A DNA stretch of 64,000 nucleotides from Balanoglossus misakiensis (Eukaryota > Animalia > Hemichordata), in NCBI GenBank assembly GCA_040954595.2, contig CM082580.2:5897519-5961518 (forward strand). Direction: 5' to 3'. Shown here piece after piece: positions 25,401 to 38,584 of this stretch (position 1 is its first letter; the number at the start of each line of letters is the position of its first letter). Made by a program: the position numbers and the translations under genes. The notes beneath the pieces are model-generated. The model was not told the DNA's origin and did not search any database. It was given only the letters and a program-made list of their open reading frames with translations.

Positions 25401-27717
25401 AGAATCAAACTCTGAGTACTTTTGCAAACCGATTCCAGCAAGGAGACGTGAACCAATCCCACCACATCTGATGCTGAAGCCGGCGACAATACGAGGTGCA
25501 GTCACATGATTCTTGGGCAAGGTTATTATCCTAAACAACTTTTTTTTGTCATGCTCACAACAAACAGTCAACGGACAACATAAAAAGGGACCCACATGGA
25601 TAATCAGCAATTTTGGGTTCAGTCCTAGATAACGCCCCTAACAGTGTGGATTTGCCAGCATTTGGAAATCTGCGGAGAGAAAATAGGATAAGCAAGATCT
25701 TAGTACACTGCCGGCACACACAAGTAAATCATCAGGATGTTGTCAGTGGCAGCACATGGGCAAGACCGTTAATATTCTTGAGCCTGGTTTTAGATTTTGG
25801 TAGACTGGTTTATTGGCAGAAAAAAATTATTTTTGTTAAAAACACGTACAGTCCACTTTTGATGAGATGTGATTTGAATTACATTCAAGGCACTATTTGA
25901 ACTTGCAACAGAAATACTGGAATCATGGGGGTCCTACAGTGATCTCTATCTTCAATTCCCACAGTGAACAACTCACCCAACAAGGCCAATGTCGGCGATC
26001 AACTTCAAGTCCAGTTTCAGGGACCTCCGCTCTCCTTTCATTCCGTTCCAGTCTGTCTGCAGACAACCTCCTCTCCCGCCCCGTGCGACAACCACCCTCT
26101 GCTCAGGTTCATTCAGATCAGCTGTACTTGCAGAAAAAATTCAAAAAAGAAAAACAAACAAAAATAATGTGAAAATTTCTCTTTGTTACAAAGGAAGTAT
26201 CTTATGCCACGCAATCTAGTAACAGACCCCCCTTGAAATTGGACTCTATAAAACAAAAGTGTAACACATACATTATATGAATGCTGGAATGATATGATGA
26301 CCTACCCAGAGTCTGTCCATCATCAGTTACTAAGGTTACACCGACGGGTACAGGAACTATTGAGTCTGCTCCACGCACTCCCTGCAACCTCCTCACCCTG
26401 TCAACAATATCATTATTCATCATTTATGATGAGCCCTATTCTTTTACTAACTGGCCTTTTCAAACCACAGAGAAAATTCTGAATGTGGGCACTTTACCAT
26501 ACCAATGCTTTAGATTGACCATGCAGTTAGAGCATGAAGCACATTCAACGCCTTGGGGGTCAAATCACATTATAATATTGCATTGTGGGTAAAAAGGTTG
26601 ACAACTCACTATAATGACTGTTTGAAGAAATCGATAAATGTATTTCACGACTTCCTTTGGTAAAACTGTGTCTCTTTGTAGGTTAGAATGTAGAATGGAT
26701 GTTCAACTTTTTTTCAGTTTGTTATTTTTTCTGCTACAATTATTCAGAGTGGCCCAACGTCACTTTAGGTTAGCGACGAACCCCTTTTTTGTTAAAACAC
26801 GGCACAAATCTGCCATCTTGAAATAATGTTGCCCAGATGAGATTTTTCACCACTCACCTAGATATAAAAAAAACTATTTCAGGTAGTGAGAATGAGACCT
26901 TGGGGTGCAGTTCATGACACGTACTAGCTCTGCGTGGCAGGGCTGTGTTGTGGGGGGCTTGCCGTAACAACACAGCCCTGCCACGCAGAGCTAGACACGT
27001 ACCTGCTGTTGTCACCAGCTCCTCCTGAGAACCTCTTGGTTGGGTTCTTCAGCTGCACTCTCCTGAGGGTGATTTTCGGCGAGGCTACCACCACCACATC
27101 CCCTCCGTTGCCACCTATCCCGCCCAGGGAGGGCAGCCCCATTCCGCCGCTTCCACCCTTGACATAGATGCGGAGGGTGTCTTGGAAGTTGCCGAACCTT
27201 TTCCTGACTGCAGTCTGTGTCAAAGACAAATATAAAAGGAACCCTTTCAAACTGACATCTCTCAGTCTGACCCTGAACAGAATCGGCACTCTGTGTCTTA
27301 CATGAAAAACTGCCCCCTGCTAGGAAGTATGTGTGTATGTTTATGTATGTCTTGTAAGCAAGCACATGATGTCCCTCCCCTACATGTATGCCCCCCCCCC
27401 CCATACGAGTCGAACAGTGCAGTGTGTTGTGTCGCATGGTCTTGCTGCGGGTCCGTCAGCCCACGGCCACTCAACACACGTGGTCAGCCCTACCACTCCC
27501 CGACCCCCCCCCCCGTGTGCAGGTTGTTGGGGAAGAGCGACCCCTCCTCCTAATAACAACCTACAGACGGGGGAGTGGCCGTGACGGACTCGCGGCAACA
27601 CGTGGTCGTGATCGTTGAATATGTTTTCTGGAAATCTCTGAACATTCTGATAAGAAAACTACTTACAGGTATCTCCTTTGCAGTCTTCTTCAATAGGATT
27701 CGCGATAGAAACACCAT
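22407..27717 (-). CDS. GTPBP10: Obg-family GTPase GTPBP10 (mitoribosome assembly), 9 exons, ~377 aa
   Basis: Exons 27717-27667, 27214-27003, 26397-26306, 26121-25977, 25669-25596, 25053-25001, 24552-24367, 23569-23452, 22609-22407. Motifs [38 protein letters not shown] (G1), YPFTT (G2), [10 protein letters not shown] (G3), NKID (G4), ISAK (G5). Confidence 0.93.
23748..24138 (+). pseudogene. Inverted C1qDC exon-1 fragment inside GTPBP10 intron 7
   Basis: Reverse complement of the copy-3 upstream intron followed by exon 1 with ATG changed to TTG (23988): [49 protein letters not shown]. Truncated before the splice donor. Confidence 0.88.
25086..25241. mobile_element. MITE with CAGTCAAACCTGTC / GACAGGTTCTACTG termini (Tc1/mariner-type)
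   Basis: Imperfect 14-bp TIR preceded by TA, in GTPBP10 intron 5. Confidence 0.5.
26925..26993. mobile_element. 69-bp MITE with perfect 27-bp TIR and 9-bp TSD (Mutator-like)
   Basis: TIR TAGCTCTGCGTGGCAGGGCTGTGTTGT. TSD GACACGTAC at 26916-26924 and 26994-27002. A half copy lies at ~56067-56103. Confidence 0.88.
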
Positions 27718-28090
27718 TATGTCGCATAAATATTGATGTTACGCATAAAACGGGGAGAAAATTACAGAACTCCAATTACCCATGGGCGCAGCCATGTTGG
27801 TGATTGTAAATACAATGCATCATGGGAACTAATATTACACCGTAAACCAGAATCACCATTTGTCGTATACTATTACTTTTCTGGTTTGCCTTTTACAATA
27901 ATTCCTGCTCTCATATCTTTTTAATTCCTGTTGACAAGTTTACGCCGTAGTGTACTTTTTATTCAGCTCAATATTTGAAATAAAATCAAACCCAACACAG
28001 GGGGCGCTTTTCAAACTCATTTCCGCAGTAGATACAGCAGACCACGTTTGGTACAGTGTCGTGGGTCCTGCAGTCTGTGGTCTAAACAAG
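27718..28090. promoter_or_regulatory. Bidirectional promoter GTPBP10/TEX10
   Basis: 373 bp between divergent ATGs. ZNF143/STAF-like TTCCCATGATGCATTG (minus strand, ~27813-27828), YY1-like GCCATGTT (27791) and CTCF-like ACACAGGGGGCGC (~27995). Confidence 0.65.
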
Positions 28091-31000
28091 ATGGGGAAGA
28101 GTGCTAGGAAACGGAAGGAGAAGCGGAAAGACTTCCAGAAAGTCAAACTAAAAGTTGGAAAGAAGAAAGCTCTACCAGACAATGTCACGAATGTGAATTT
28201 TAAGAGTCGAGCTATACACATCAAAGAACAGCTGAAAACTGACGATTCCCAGCTAACCAATCAGAGGAAGCAAAATATACAGGTGATCTAGGAAATTTAC
28301 TCGTACAGAACACCTGGTGTTGTGGGGCATAGACCGAGCCAGTGTTTCATGTAGACGGGGGGGTTAGCTGCTGTTATTGTAGGGGGTGCCATGATATCAT
28401 TTATATGTTGGAGATATATTACTGTACAGTCCCCCCTGCCAAATATTGTGGCAAAGGGGGGGGGGGGCATATGACCCCCCCCCCCCCCCTGTTGGTGCCA
28501 TCCTAAGTGAAACACAGACTGTAGAAATGTGGGGTTAGGATTGTTGTTGGGGTGTGTAATATTTTTGTGGTAGAAGCCAAACACATTTGATATAATTCAT
28601 CCCCCCCCCCACTTAAGATTTTTTATCTTTAATAATTATAGACTGACCCAGACATTTGAAAATTGTATATAAATTATAACTTAAGAATCTAGCCCTATAT
28701 ACAGTTTACACACTTTTTCTTAAATGTATTCTTTTGCCAAACCGTTTTACTCGTCTAGCTCTGTGCTGTTTTTCTGGATGTTAACAATAACTTGGGTCCA
28801 TCATGGTCTCTCTTTTTTTCGCAGGAACTATTTGCACACCTGAACCACTACAATACGTCCATGCGAGTCGAATCTCTCGCAGGCCTGAAAGATCTGTTCT
28901 TGCGTCACCCACAACTGATCTCGGAAAACCTGTCCAGTATCATGGAGCACGTGTCGAGCGTGTTCATGGACAAGGAGGCGGACGTGCGGCGCTCGGCCAT
29001 CGCGCTGCTCACCTTCATCGCTCCCCTGGTCTCCGCCACTCAGGTGCTGCCGTTCTTCCCCCTTCTGAACTCGCACCTGTGCTGCGCCATGACCCACATC
29101 TTCGAGGACATCCAGCTGGACTCGCTGAAGGTGCTGGACCTGGTGCTGCGGCACTTCCCCTCGCTGCTCACCAAACACAGCCGGCAGCTGTTGCCCAATT
29201 TCGTGGACCAGATCTCCCGGCAGTCCGGCGGCAAGGGGTCAAGTGCGGGAGGAGCAGGGGTCGCCACCGCCGCGCGAGTCTTGACCGTGAACCCGTCCAG
29301 TAAAGTGTCCTCTCAGAAATGGCGACGAAAGGTCAGACGAGGTCAATTACTGCATGCTGCTTCTTGCCAATTTTCTTTCCGTTCTTCTTTTGAGCATATC
29401 GCTAAATTTATAGCTGATTTAAGGTGGTGCACACAGTTTGAGAACAAATTGATCCCACACACTTGCAAAATCTTATCCAATGGCGCAAAAGTTACACAGT
29501 CAATTATTCAGCGTTTCTATTTGCAAATTTGGCTTATTTGTGGTCATGTGAGAAATAGAATCTCACACACCAAGGACTCATTGGGGATATTTTGTCATTA
29601 AAAAATCCCCAACTTGTGCAATATATATGATAATACCAGGTAGTTGGGAGTGTGAGATTCTATTATTCCTCATCCAACAGAAACTTTGTACATTTTTATA
29701 AGTAATAGCTTTAGGGTCAAGTCATTCATTGGCATGTTAGCAGCAGACAAGGTGTATAATATATACACTCCAGTCACCAATCTGTTTTCATATGTAGTAT
29801 AAAGTATATATGTCTTGTATGTATGAAAAACAAATGTGTCATTTAATTTTATTCTCAACCAGGTCTTACAAAGATTACACCAGTTTCTGCAGGCACTCTG
29901 GGTCACGGAAGACAGTCCGAATAGTAGTAATCAGGAGACGGCTGCCAACACAGTCGTATGGAATCAGACCGAGCCCACACATGTGCAGTTGTTTTTTCAC
30001 ACGAGCACGCAGCCTAACATCGCTACCTCTTTCACAATCAGGTATGCATAAACTGGAGAAAGGTTATATCAAAGGGACAGTGTCATTGACATTCAATATT
30101 ATTTTGGTTACTAGTATTTATTTCCTTTTGATAGATCATCCTCCGAAACATGTTCAATGTACTGCTACATGTATGTGGGTATAAGTATAAACACAAGAAC
30201 ACTTCAACTTTTTATTTTTTGGTACTGACAACCAAAAGTTATATGATGGCAGTATTTAACTGTTATGACCATGTATGGAATGGGAATTCAGCTGTGACAG
30301 CTTATTATTTACCGGTAGCTTATTTCAATGAGCAGAACTTAGTCACAACTTCTGAAAAGAAAAGAAAATAACAAAAATATTGTCGAAAGCTAGCAATATA
30401 GCCCCATAAAATGGTCATTTTCTTTTCATTTAAAATCTGTTGAATGCAGCAAATCCACTGTTATGAGCTATGTCTGTATGTGTCCAGATTCATCTGAGCT
30501 TCACATGTGTTCATATGAGTCTGGTTAAGCTAATACAAGTTTCTTGTATATTTTAAGTTTTCATCCTTTTTTTTTTCTTTCCTTCTCACAGACCACCAAG
30601 TTCAGATCAGGGGGCGGGCGATGAGTATCTGTCGCACCCACAGGACCTGCTTGAGTTCATCCACACACTGGTGCCCATACTTCTCCAAATCTGGGTGGAG
30701 GCCAATCCTGGTCTCCTGGCAGCTGAGTTGCCAGGCAACAAACTGTCGTCAGAAGCTATGGAGACGTTCCATGGCATTCTAGCAATACTACGGTTGCTTT
30801 GGCGACAAATGGCAGCGATCACAGGAAGTGAGGGTGATTATGTGAGTGGCACAAATATCGAAGAATTTCAAAAGCTCATTTTAAAAGTGCATCATTGCTA
30901 AATGTATCACATCGACTTTAAATGTTCTTATCTACAGATGGCAAAACTCGGCGACTGCTACTTCAAGGACTTCCGCCACCACCTGATGACCTGCTTTCCT

Positions 31001-34000
31001 TACGCCTCCCACCAGCCTTTGCAAAGCAAGAGGCAGGCTGGGAAGAATGCCTCCACGGCGGTGACCGGGGTTGTCTTGAACCTGGCCGTGTGCGAGGTGA
31101 TGTCGTATTTTGTCAACCGGGAGAACATGTCCGCCAAGTGGGTGGCGAGACTGGTGGAGTACGTCTGTGAAATGTTGGCTGAGCAGAGACAAATGCCGGC
31201 AGAGCATTTGCAGACGGCCTTGGAATTTGTCCGACGTTTCAACAGAGGGCTTGTCAAGACAGGTTGGTGTCGTCTCCCTGTATACACGACTACGAGGAAG
31301 AAAACTTTTAAATCCACTTTGGTATTAAGTGTTTCTGTCTTGTACATTGTAGTACTGTACTATTGGCCACAGCATGATAAAGGCCTATTTTGCCTTCCCA
31401 AGAAAAAATAAAAATTAAGATTCCAATCATGAAATCATACTTTTACACTGTAATAAATATAGTGTCTTATTATACATTTGCAAATATAGCAAAGAATTGA
31501 AATGTTCGGCGAACAATAATTTTTCTGAAAATCTCTCCCCAAGGTGCAGACTAATTTAAATGGCACCCTGAGATCATCTTCAGCAGGAATTTTATTGAAA
31601 TGACCATTGAAATGACTCCTCATTAATCTACTGCTTTTTATTTCAGATGCTTCAGAAGACCTCCTGAAGTCTGTGTTGGCCTGTTACAGAAATTGTCATC
31701 TGCTGTCAACAAACAAAAGACGCATCATCACTTTTCTCTCTGAATTGGTCCTCCGCAGTGTCCATGGTTACAGTGAGTAAGTACCTTTATGTTTGATTCA
31801 GTAGATTATATTTCGGTGTGCGAGATGTGTTGGGCGAATAATTATGCATATTGTTGGATGAGAGATAAAATAGTGCTGCAGTCTGATTATGATGATGACA
31901 AGACAAAAGAAGACAATATGGTTCCATGATGACGTCAAAAGTGCTTTACGGGTGACTCCTGGACATCGCCAAGTGAACGTCCAGTCACGTTTTTTGAGAC
32001 AACAGAGCAATTTGGTTATACCATGGACGTAACAAGTGCCAAAGATAGTACCCGAACCCACTCTTGAATAAATTACGGAAGTAATCCGATTAAAGTATTA
32101 CGGGGTATTAGGAGATAACGAAGTGGCGGCAAGCATCACCTGAACAATAGTTCAAAGGACAGTCCGAAGTCCTTCTCTTTTTACGTCCATGGTTATATCC
32201 AGTAAACCAAGATGGCAACCAATGTTCTGGGGTAGGTTTCTTCCGGCTGGGTTCCTAATTCGCCGGAAAACTCGTCAAGAGAACGCAGAATCGTTGTTTT
32301 TGTGGGGGGGGGGGGATAACGCTAGAAATAAGTGGGATAAACTGCATTTGGGCAAAAATAGACGCATTTGGGCCCACTGTTTCCTCGGGCAGTGCTGGGG
32401 CATGTACGGGCAGTAATTAGTAGGACCGATGACGCGTTATCGACCAAAATTCGTGTAATAACCCATAATAATTGTTACATATCTTATTCCCAGCCAGCCT
32501 AGCTTTGTATTTCTTTATTCTAGATTTCATTTGAAGTCTGCAATCTTTGATCTGTCATGGCTTATTCAAAAAAAGGGAAATGCTATCTACATGACTTCGG
32601 TGGCATTTTTTTTACAATTATACTTATTTTATCATTGATCATGATAGCACTTACGTGTTAGCACACGCAATCATTCACGCACACAACCCCCGCAAAGTAA
32701 TGGTATCGTCCGGGGGTAAAGTCAGCGCCCTACGATACACAAGATCCACCAGATAGGTTAATTAACCCATAAGGCCATAAATAACATGGTGTAATGGCAG
32801 ATTATGCTTTACAGATTAAGGTTGTATATCTGCTGGGGTTTCGTTACCAGCCATAAGCTTAGGTCAGCTATCATGAAAACTTGGCTGTTTGGTTTGAAAT
32901 GGAAAAAACATAAAGCTACTCTTATGCCACGCTTTATTGTCATCCATCTACATTGTACACCAAAATCAAGCTAGCAATGGAAAATTAAGCAGTGGAATAC
33001 TTTGCCATTGTAGTGTCATGTTTGAACGCTTCTCCAATTGTTTGGTCATTTCTCAGACATCCCGTACTGAGCAAGTGGATACAGTGGTTGCCGAGGCTAC
33101 TGATCGATCTCAAGAATCAGTCAGTGTCGACGACCTACGATGTCCTGAAGGTCATCACCACGGCAGCATCACAAAGATGCCAGCCTCTGCTGGAAAGCCT
33201 TCAGCAGAATCTCGTACAGATTTTTGGTGAGTAGTGGTGAAGCTCCATCAGCTGTAACTTTCTACTATGTTTTTTTAGTATTTTTGCTTTGTGTATCTAC
33301 TGTAGTTTCTTGGTCAGATTCCTGAATCATGATGAAAATGCCCAGTGTTCAGCTTGTCAGCACAACACATATGTGTATAGTCAGCATTGTTATTATGCAC
33401 AGTTTGTATTCTAGTCCGGACTAGAATTCGTTTGTCAACCAAAACAATTGTCTTACACACATACAGGTTGTGATGATAAGCGGAGTAGCGGGTATGCTGT
33501 TTGGACTAGAATAAGAAATCGCATTTGATACACAGAACAAAATACTGATAATAAATTTCAAAAGTTACAGCTAATGTCCCTTTAAATGTACACCTGCAGC
33601 TCATTTCCAGCTACCAGGAATTAATATTCCATTTTGTCACACCAAAGTATCAAGGCATCTATTTCATTTTGTCTTGTTTGTTGCAGATCCCAGTGAGACA
33701 CTGCTAAGTTTGCCAAGCTGCTGCCAGAGAAAAGTTATCGAACTCCTCTACTACGTTCCGACTGTTACCACAGAAACCTTTGTCAATCTGGCGAGATGTT
33801 GCCATGACAACATACTGCCAGCTGCCAACATAGCGTATATGCTGCACATACTGTATTCCAGGTGAGTTTACTGGGGTTTTTTTAGTACAGTGTATCAAGA
33901 TATAAAGTGTGAAGTTGTTTCTGTTTGTGTTCACCTGATGTAAACTTTAACGATTTCACCCCCGGTTCCCACTTTAGAATTAGAGGTCCAACCTTGCCAT

Positions 34001-37000
34001 AGATAACAATGGGTTTGGACTGAACCATAGAGATGAAAGGGTTAATAGTTTGCATCTTTCGTTTTTGGCCAGGCTCTGTAGACAGTGTCTGTGAGCTCTC
34101 AAGATAAAATATGATACCAAAGTCAGCAGATTTTTCTGTCTGTTTTGTTTGTCTCTGTCTGACAGACGTTACTTCAACGGGACATCTTTATTTTAAGACC
34201 CAAAAAGTTTGCAATGGGGTTGTCTGTTTTTGAGACCCCACCGATCCTTAAACATCAGTGGTAGGATGTGACACCTTTAGTGTCATTGACACAATGTCCG
34301 TTGTCATTTTTCATTCATTGAGACTTCTTTTGCTGAACATCCTGTGAGCCAGAGTAAACAACCTGAAAGGGACCCTGAAAAAAAGTAACACTGGTACCAG
34401 CAATAGTAATGAAATTACGCATATGATTATATACTGGATAGTGCAAGTCATTGACTAATCAATTGCTATTCATGGTTCCTGACAGAGCATTATTTATATA
34501 CATCTAAATAGGTATTTAGATGCAAATATACATATAGGCATTGTAATGGACGAGGCGGGGGTGGGGGAGGGGGACGGGGGTTGTGGAGGTTAGCTTTGAG
34601 GAATTTCTGAAATTAATGAAACTTTCAAACTACGCCCCCACTAATGATGAAGACTAACTACTTTTGTTTTTTATTTCAGATATCAGAATTCAATGTCTTC
34701 TAACCAAGCTCTTCCATTTCAAACAACAGATTTTCTCAAGTTTCTGTTCTCTGTGCTTGTGGGTAAGGATTCTCTTGTTCATCATTACAACGAGCATATG
34801 TACCATGCCAAAATTTGCAAACTTGGAATTCGACGCGTCCACTCTGACCCTGTCAGCCAAAATTTATCACCAAGGTAGAGGAAAGCGGTGATTGTTGGCT
34901 ACATGAAAAAAAAAACACTTCTCTCTGATTTTATTGTTACTGGGTGATGGGTGAATGAGGTCACCTCGTCTCTCTTTCAGGAACTTCACTGAAAAATCTG
35001 AAAGACCTGGCCTCTCGGCAATCGGCTCAGGCACAGATCGCGTCGCTGCCATCCTCCGCCTGCCATATCCGCATCGCGGAACAGAGTCTAGCGTCATTTC
35101 TCAGACATCAACAAATCACCAAGGTAACACGGTGTACCACACCCATTGCTGCCTGAAGTTTTCACCATCACCGATTTCACATAGTTTTCACTCTTGTTGT
35201 ACTTCAGTGTTGCAATTGTAAAGATGAGTCACACCAGTTTTCCCTGAAAGTATATTCCAAGCCAGCATGGGCAGTGGTGGTATTTATCAGGCATGTGAAA
35301 TGAAGCTTGGTCCAGTATTTAGGACAAGTTTTACTTCTGAGTTTACGGATAAATCATGATGTTGCTTTAGTCATCACTTGCAAATTTGTTTTCTTTCACA
35401 GACAGTCTGTGAGATATTGTTAATGCTGTCGTCAAGACTCCAAGTGTGGCAAGTTTTACAGTCAGCATTAGAAACCTTCTTGGTAATGTATATGAAGTCC
35501 TTTCTGTCAATTGATATAATTATACTAATTAAAGCCCCAGTAGCTGCCACTTTTGGCAGATTTTTAATCAACAAAATACTTAAGTCTTCTGCCTGTCCTT
35601 AGGCGTTAAATGACACTATTTGAACTTTGTGGGGATATTAATACCATTTGCCCTTTACATGTATATTACATTAAAAAAATGGCAGCTGTTGGTGCTTAGA
35701 GCGTTTGCTAAATGGGTATTTGCTTTCTAGATATTTTGATTTAAATGGTTATTTTTGGACATGAAACTTGCAAGAGTGTTCGGAAAAAAAAAGTAATACG
35801 TTTATCAAGATTCATTTATTTTTTTCTTTCATTCATTTTTTTCCTTTTCTTTTCTTTCTAGGTTCAGTATTATAGTCTCCCAATTTCAACTGCGTACGCA
35901 CTCCTGTACATCATCAGCAAACTGTATCCTGGCAACAACTGTCTGTTGCCAGGCAACCGCGGGATGACGGGCACCTTGAAACACTCGGCTGCAGCTTGTT
36001 GCTTGGCTGTGCTCTACCACGCCACTCAAATATACAGATCGGGTTCCTATAGAGATGACAGCTGGGAGATAACTCTCTTGAATTTAGCGATGGCTGTATT
36101 AGATGTGGATGAAGTAAGAGATGCATTGCTTGATAACATAAACTCAGTTATTAACAGTAAGTGATGTTTGGATGCTTTCCATATTTTGCACCGTATGTAT
36201 TCATTTGAAAGCCTCCAGAGCTGCCAAATTCCACAGTAAAATACTTCAAATGTATTCCTTATCCTCTAAAATCCTCACCATTAAGCCGTGTTGCTTGCAT
36301 TTGCATCAGTTTGTCATCTCTTGGCAATGCATACCACGATAACTGCGTACTGTCTGTATGGAGGCCGATTAAATGGGTGCGGCACCGGTTTAATATATAG
36401 CGTTCAAATAAAGTTCAAATTGCAACCACAGTCGGGTGTCGATAAGATGTTAATGTATACCTATCAGTAAGCTTATTTTGATGTACCAATCTAAGTTGGG
36501 AATTTAAATCATTAAAATATTAAATGCAAAAAGTGGCAGCTCTAGAGGTATTAATCAAACCAAAATGACTTATTCATTATATAATTATGAAAGATATATT
36601 GGTTTAAGTCCATGGCGATAACTCAGAAGAGTTAAACATTATGACACATTTTGCTGCTTTATTGCAGTGTTACATGTATGATAATAAAGATAATAAATTG
36701 TATAATTTGTCTGTTCTTACTAGGTGATCTAAAGTTAAATGATATCCGCGGCATTGCCCTCATCATGATCAAGATATTACAAACAACTGAACTAAGACAA
36801 GCGATTCAAGACAGCAAGATGAAAATCTCTAGCATCATTCAAGCAATTCTGGTGAGTACATTGTTATTGCAATTTAACAGAATTTTTCAAAGACAAGCTA
36901 ACAGGATCTTGTATATTTATTAATGAGCTGTCACTTCTAAAGACGGTGAATAAAGGAACAGTTTATATGAAAATATAATTTTTTTGGAAGTTTGAATGAA

Positions 37001-37192
37001 ACACCCAGGAGGACCTCGCAAGCTACCTTAACCCCACCTGACCACTTCAGATCCAACATCAACATATTCACTTTCAATGTTTGCCGTTTTGTGTCTTCAC
37101 AGAAACACCCTCTCGTTGACCTCACCAGCCAGTGGATAGTAGAACTGATGTATGAAATCAGCCTTGCATTGCCTTCACTATCAAAGTTATAG
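28091..37192 (+). CDS. TEX10: TEX10/IPI1, Rix1 (rixosome) complex subunit for pre-60S maturation, 14 exons, ~915 aa
   Basis: Exons 28091-28282, 28825-29331, 29863-30041, 30592-30841, 30938-31262, 31647-31776, 33057-33226, 33687-33861, 34680-34762, 34981-35123, 35402-35482, 35862-36156, 36724-36851, 37103-37192, all in phase. Ipi1 N-terminal motifs DFQKVKLKVGKKK, NVTNVNFKSRAI and LCCAMTHIFEDIQLDSLKVLD. C-terminal exons are supported mainly by splice sites and phase. Confidence 0.9.
33947..34045. mobile_element. piggyBac-type MITE copy
   Basis: TTAA...GGTCCAACCTTGCCATAG...AACAATGGGTTTGGACTGAACC...GAAAGGG-TTAA. Further copies at ~5976-6070, ~45200-45275 and ~59728-59815. Confidence 0.65.
36212..36548. 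mobile_element. MITE with CCTCCAGAGCTGCCA / TGGCAGCTCTAGAGG TIR
   Basis: 14/15 inverted match at the two ends, in TEX10 intron 12. Confidence 0.5.
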
Positions 37193-38101
37193 AGGAAAAG
37201 ATTCCAGAAGATTCTCATTGCCGCCATGTCCAACTTCTCACTGTGAAGGACCATGGTCCATGTTTTATCTGTGCATGACTCTGTTCTCCATGACAACAAC
37301 AAAAAACTTGTTCATAGTGTCTTACATAAAGATGACTTAAAATCGTGTGTATATTGATAATGAATATAACTCTGGTAACAAATAAAAGAAAAGCACATAT
37401 AAAATGCTATTTGACTTGAGTGTTTTGTTGTCCATCTCATCTGGTATGCTGATCATGGTTTCAATTATCACTACCTTAAGTAGGTTTTTGCTACCTAGGT
37501 GAGTGAGGAAAATCTCATATGGACGACATAATTTCATGATGGCCGATTTTTGCCATGTTTATTACCTCACAAAACTCGTAAAACTGATAGTTACTGGTAA
37601 GAGAGAGCTCGATGCATAATATTTCCTAAATGTTATACCTTTTCCTGCATATAAGAGCGACTCGGTATACACCTTTTGTTGAGAGAACAAACCGAGTCAA
37701 AGTTTACTTACTGAGCATGCTCTGAATGGGCTAGGTAGCATTATGGGATAGTGAAGAACTTCTGACCAATCACATTAAAGCAGCAGACAGTATAGAAGAT
37801 GAGTAATTTCATCTCTTTCACAGATATCGACAACTTTTTGGTTTGTCACACAGACAAATGATACAACCTGTTCGTGCATTTCGGGTGAACTTAATTTCTA
37901 AGCCTTCGCCGCCTGAAAGATGTCCAGCCTACGACGTTTTCAGCTGTTTAATCCTTTTTTAAGTTGGCGGAGCAAAGAAGAAGGGGCTGGGTTAAACATT
38001 AACCAACTGGCATTTGTCTGTTAATAGCTCTAGATGGCGGTCCAGCTGGCCTGTCCTTGGATGTTGTATGACCTTGCTGCGTGACCTAATTGTGTTTCAT
38101 C

Positions 38102-38584
38102 CTACGTGTCCTGTTTCAGTCTTGATACCACCATATTGAACAGAAGATCGGCTAGTTTCTGCGTCTCATTCCTCGCCAAGTACGGGCTGGCGGGGACGAA
38201 ATCCGAAAGCCTGTTACTCCACCGCTTCTGGTCGTCTTCAGACAATGTAGGCATCAGTTCGGTGAAGAAATATTTGTAAACGCCGACCATGCACAGCAAA
38301 ATGTCTCTCTTCAAATCTTCTAAGCACTCTTTCATATTTTCGTGTTCGGCCATTTTCTCGCAGCGGTGTATTTCCAAAGCCAGATCCAAAGATTCTCGGA
38401 TGTTTCCGACTATTTTCCCCGGGTCGGTACTTCGACCTCGAAATTTCAGCACCGCACTTCTGGCGAACAGCCGACGAAAATAGTCGTCGTACAGAATTAG
38501 TAGTTTCATCTCGCTTTCCGGATGTCGACCGAATGCAGGACCGAAGGGCGTGAGTCGAAAATTCGCCGCCATTTCTCGAGCCAT
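38102..38584 (-). CDS. Intronless hypothetical protein, 160 aa, probably mostly alpha-helical
   Basis: Uninterrupted ORF with good start context (ATCATGG), protein-like composition and a minus-strand AATAAA at ~37563-37558. No family recognised. Confidence 0.6.
   Translation of the reverse strand: MAREMAANFRLTPFGPAFGRHPESEMKLLILYDDYFRRLFARSAVLKFRGRSTDPGKIVGNIRESLDLALEIHRCEKMAEHENMKECLEDLKRDILLCMVGVYKYFFTELMPTLSEDDQKRWSNRLSDFVPASPYLARNETQKLADLLFNMVVSRLKQDT

Noticed and set aside
26422-26484. C/D-box-like ATGATGA...CTGA with short terminal stem
   Set aside because: It is antisense to the host gene GTPBP10, short, and has no recognisable rRNA or snRNA guide.
31800-32470. Possible transposon-derived segment in TEX10 intron 6
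   Set aside because: The composition differs from its flanks, but no TIR, TSD or second copy could be shown within the window.
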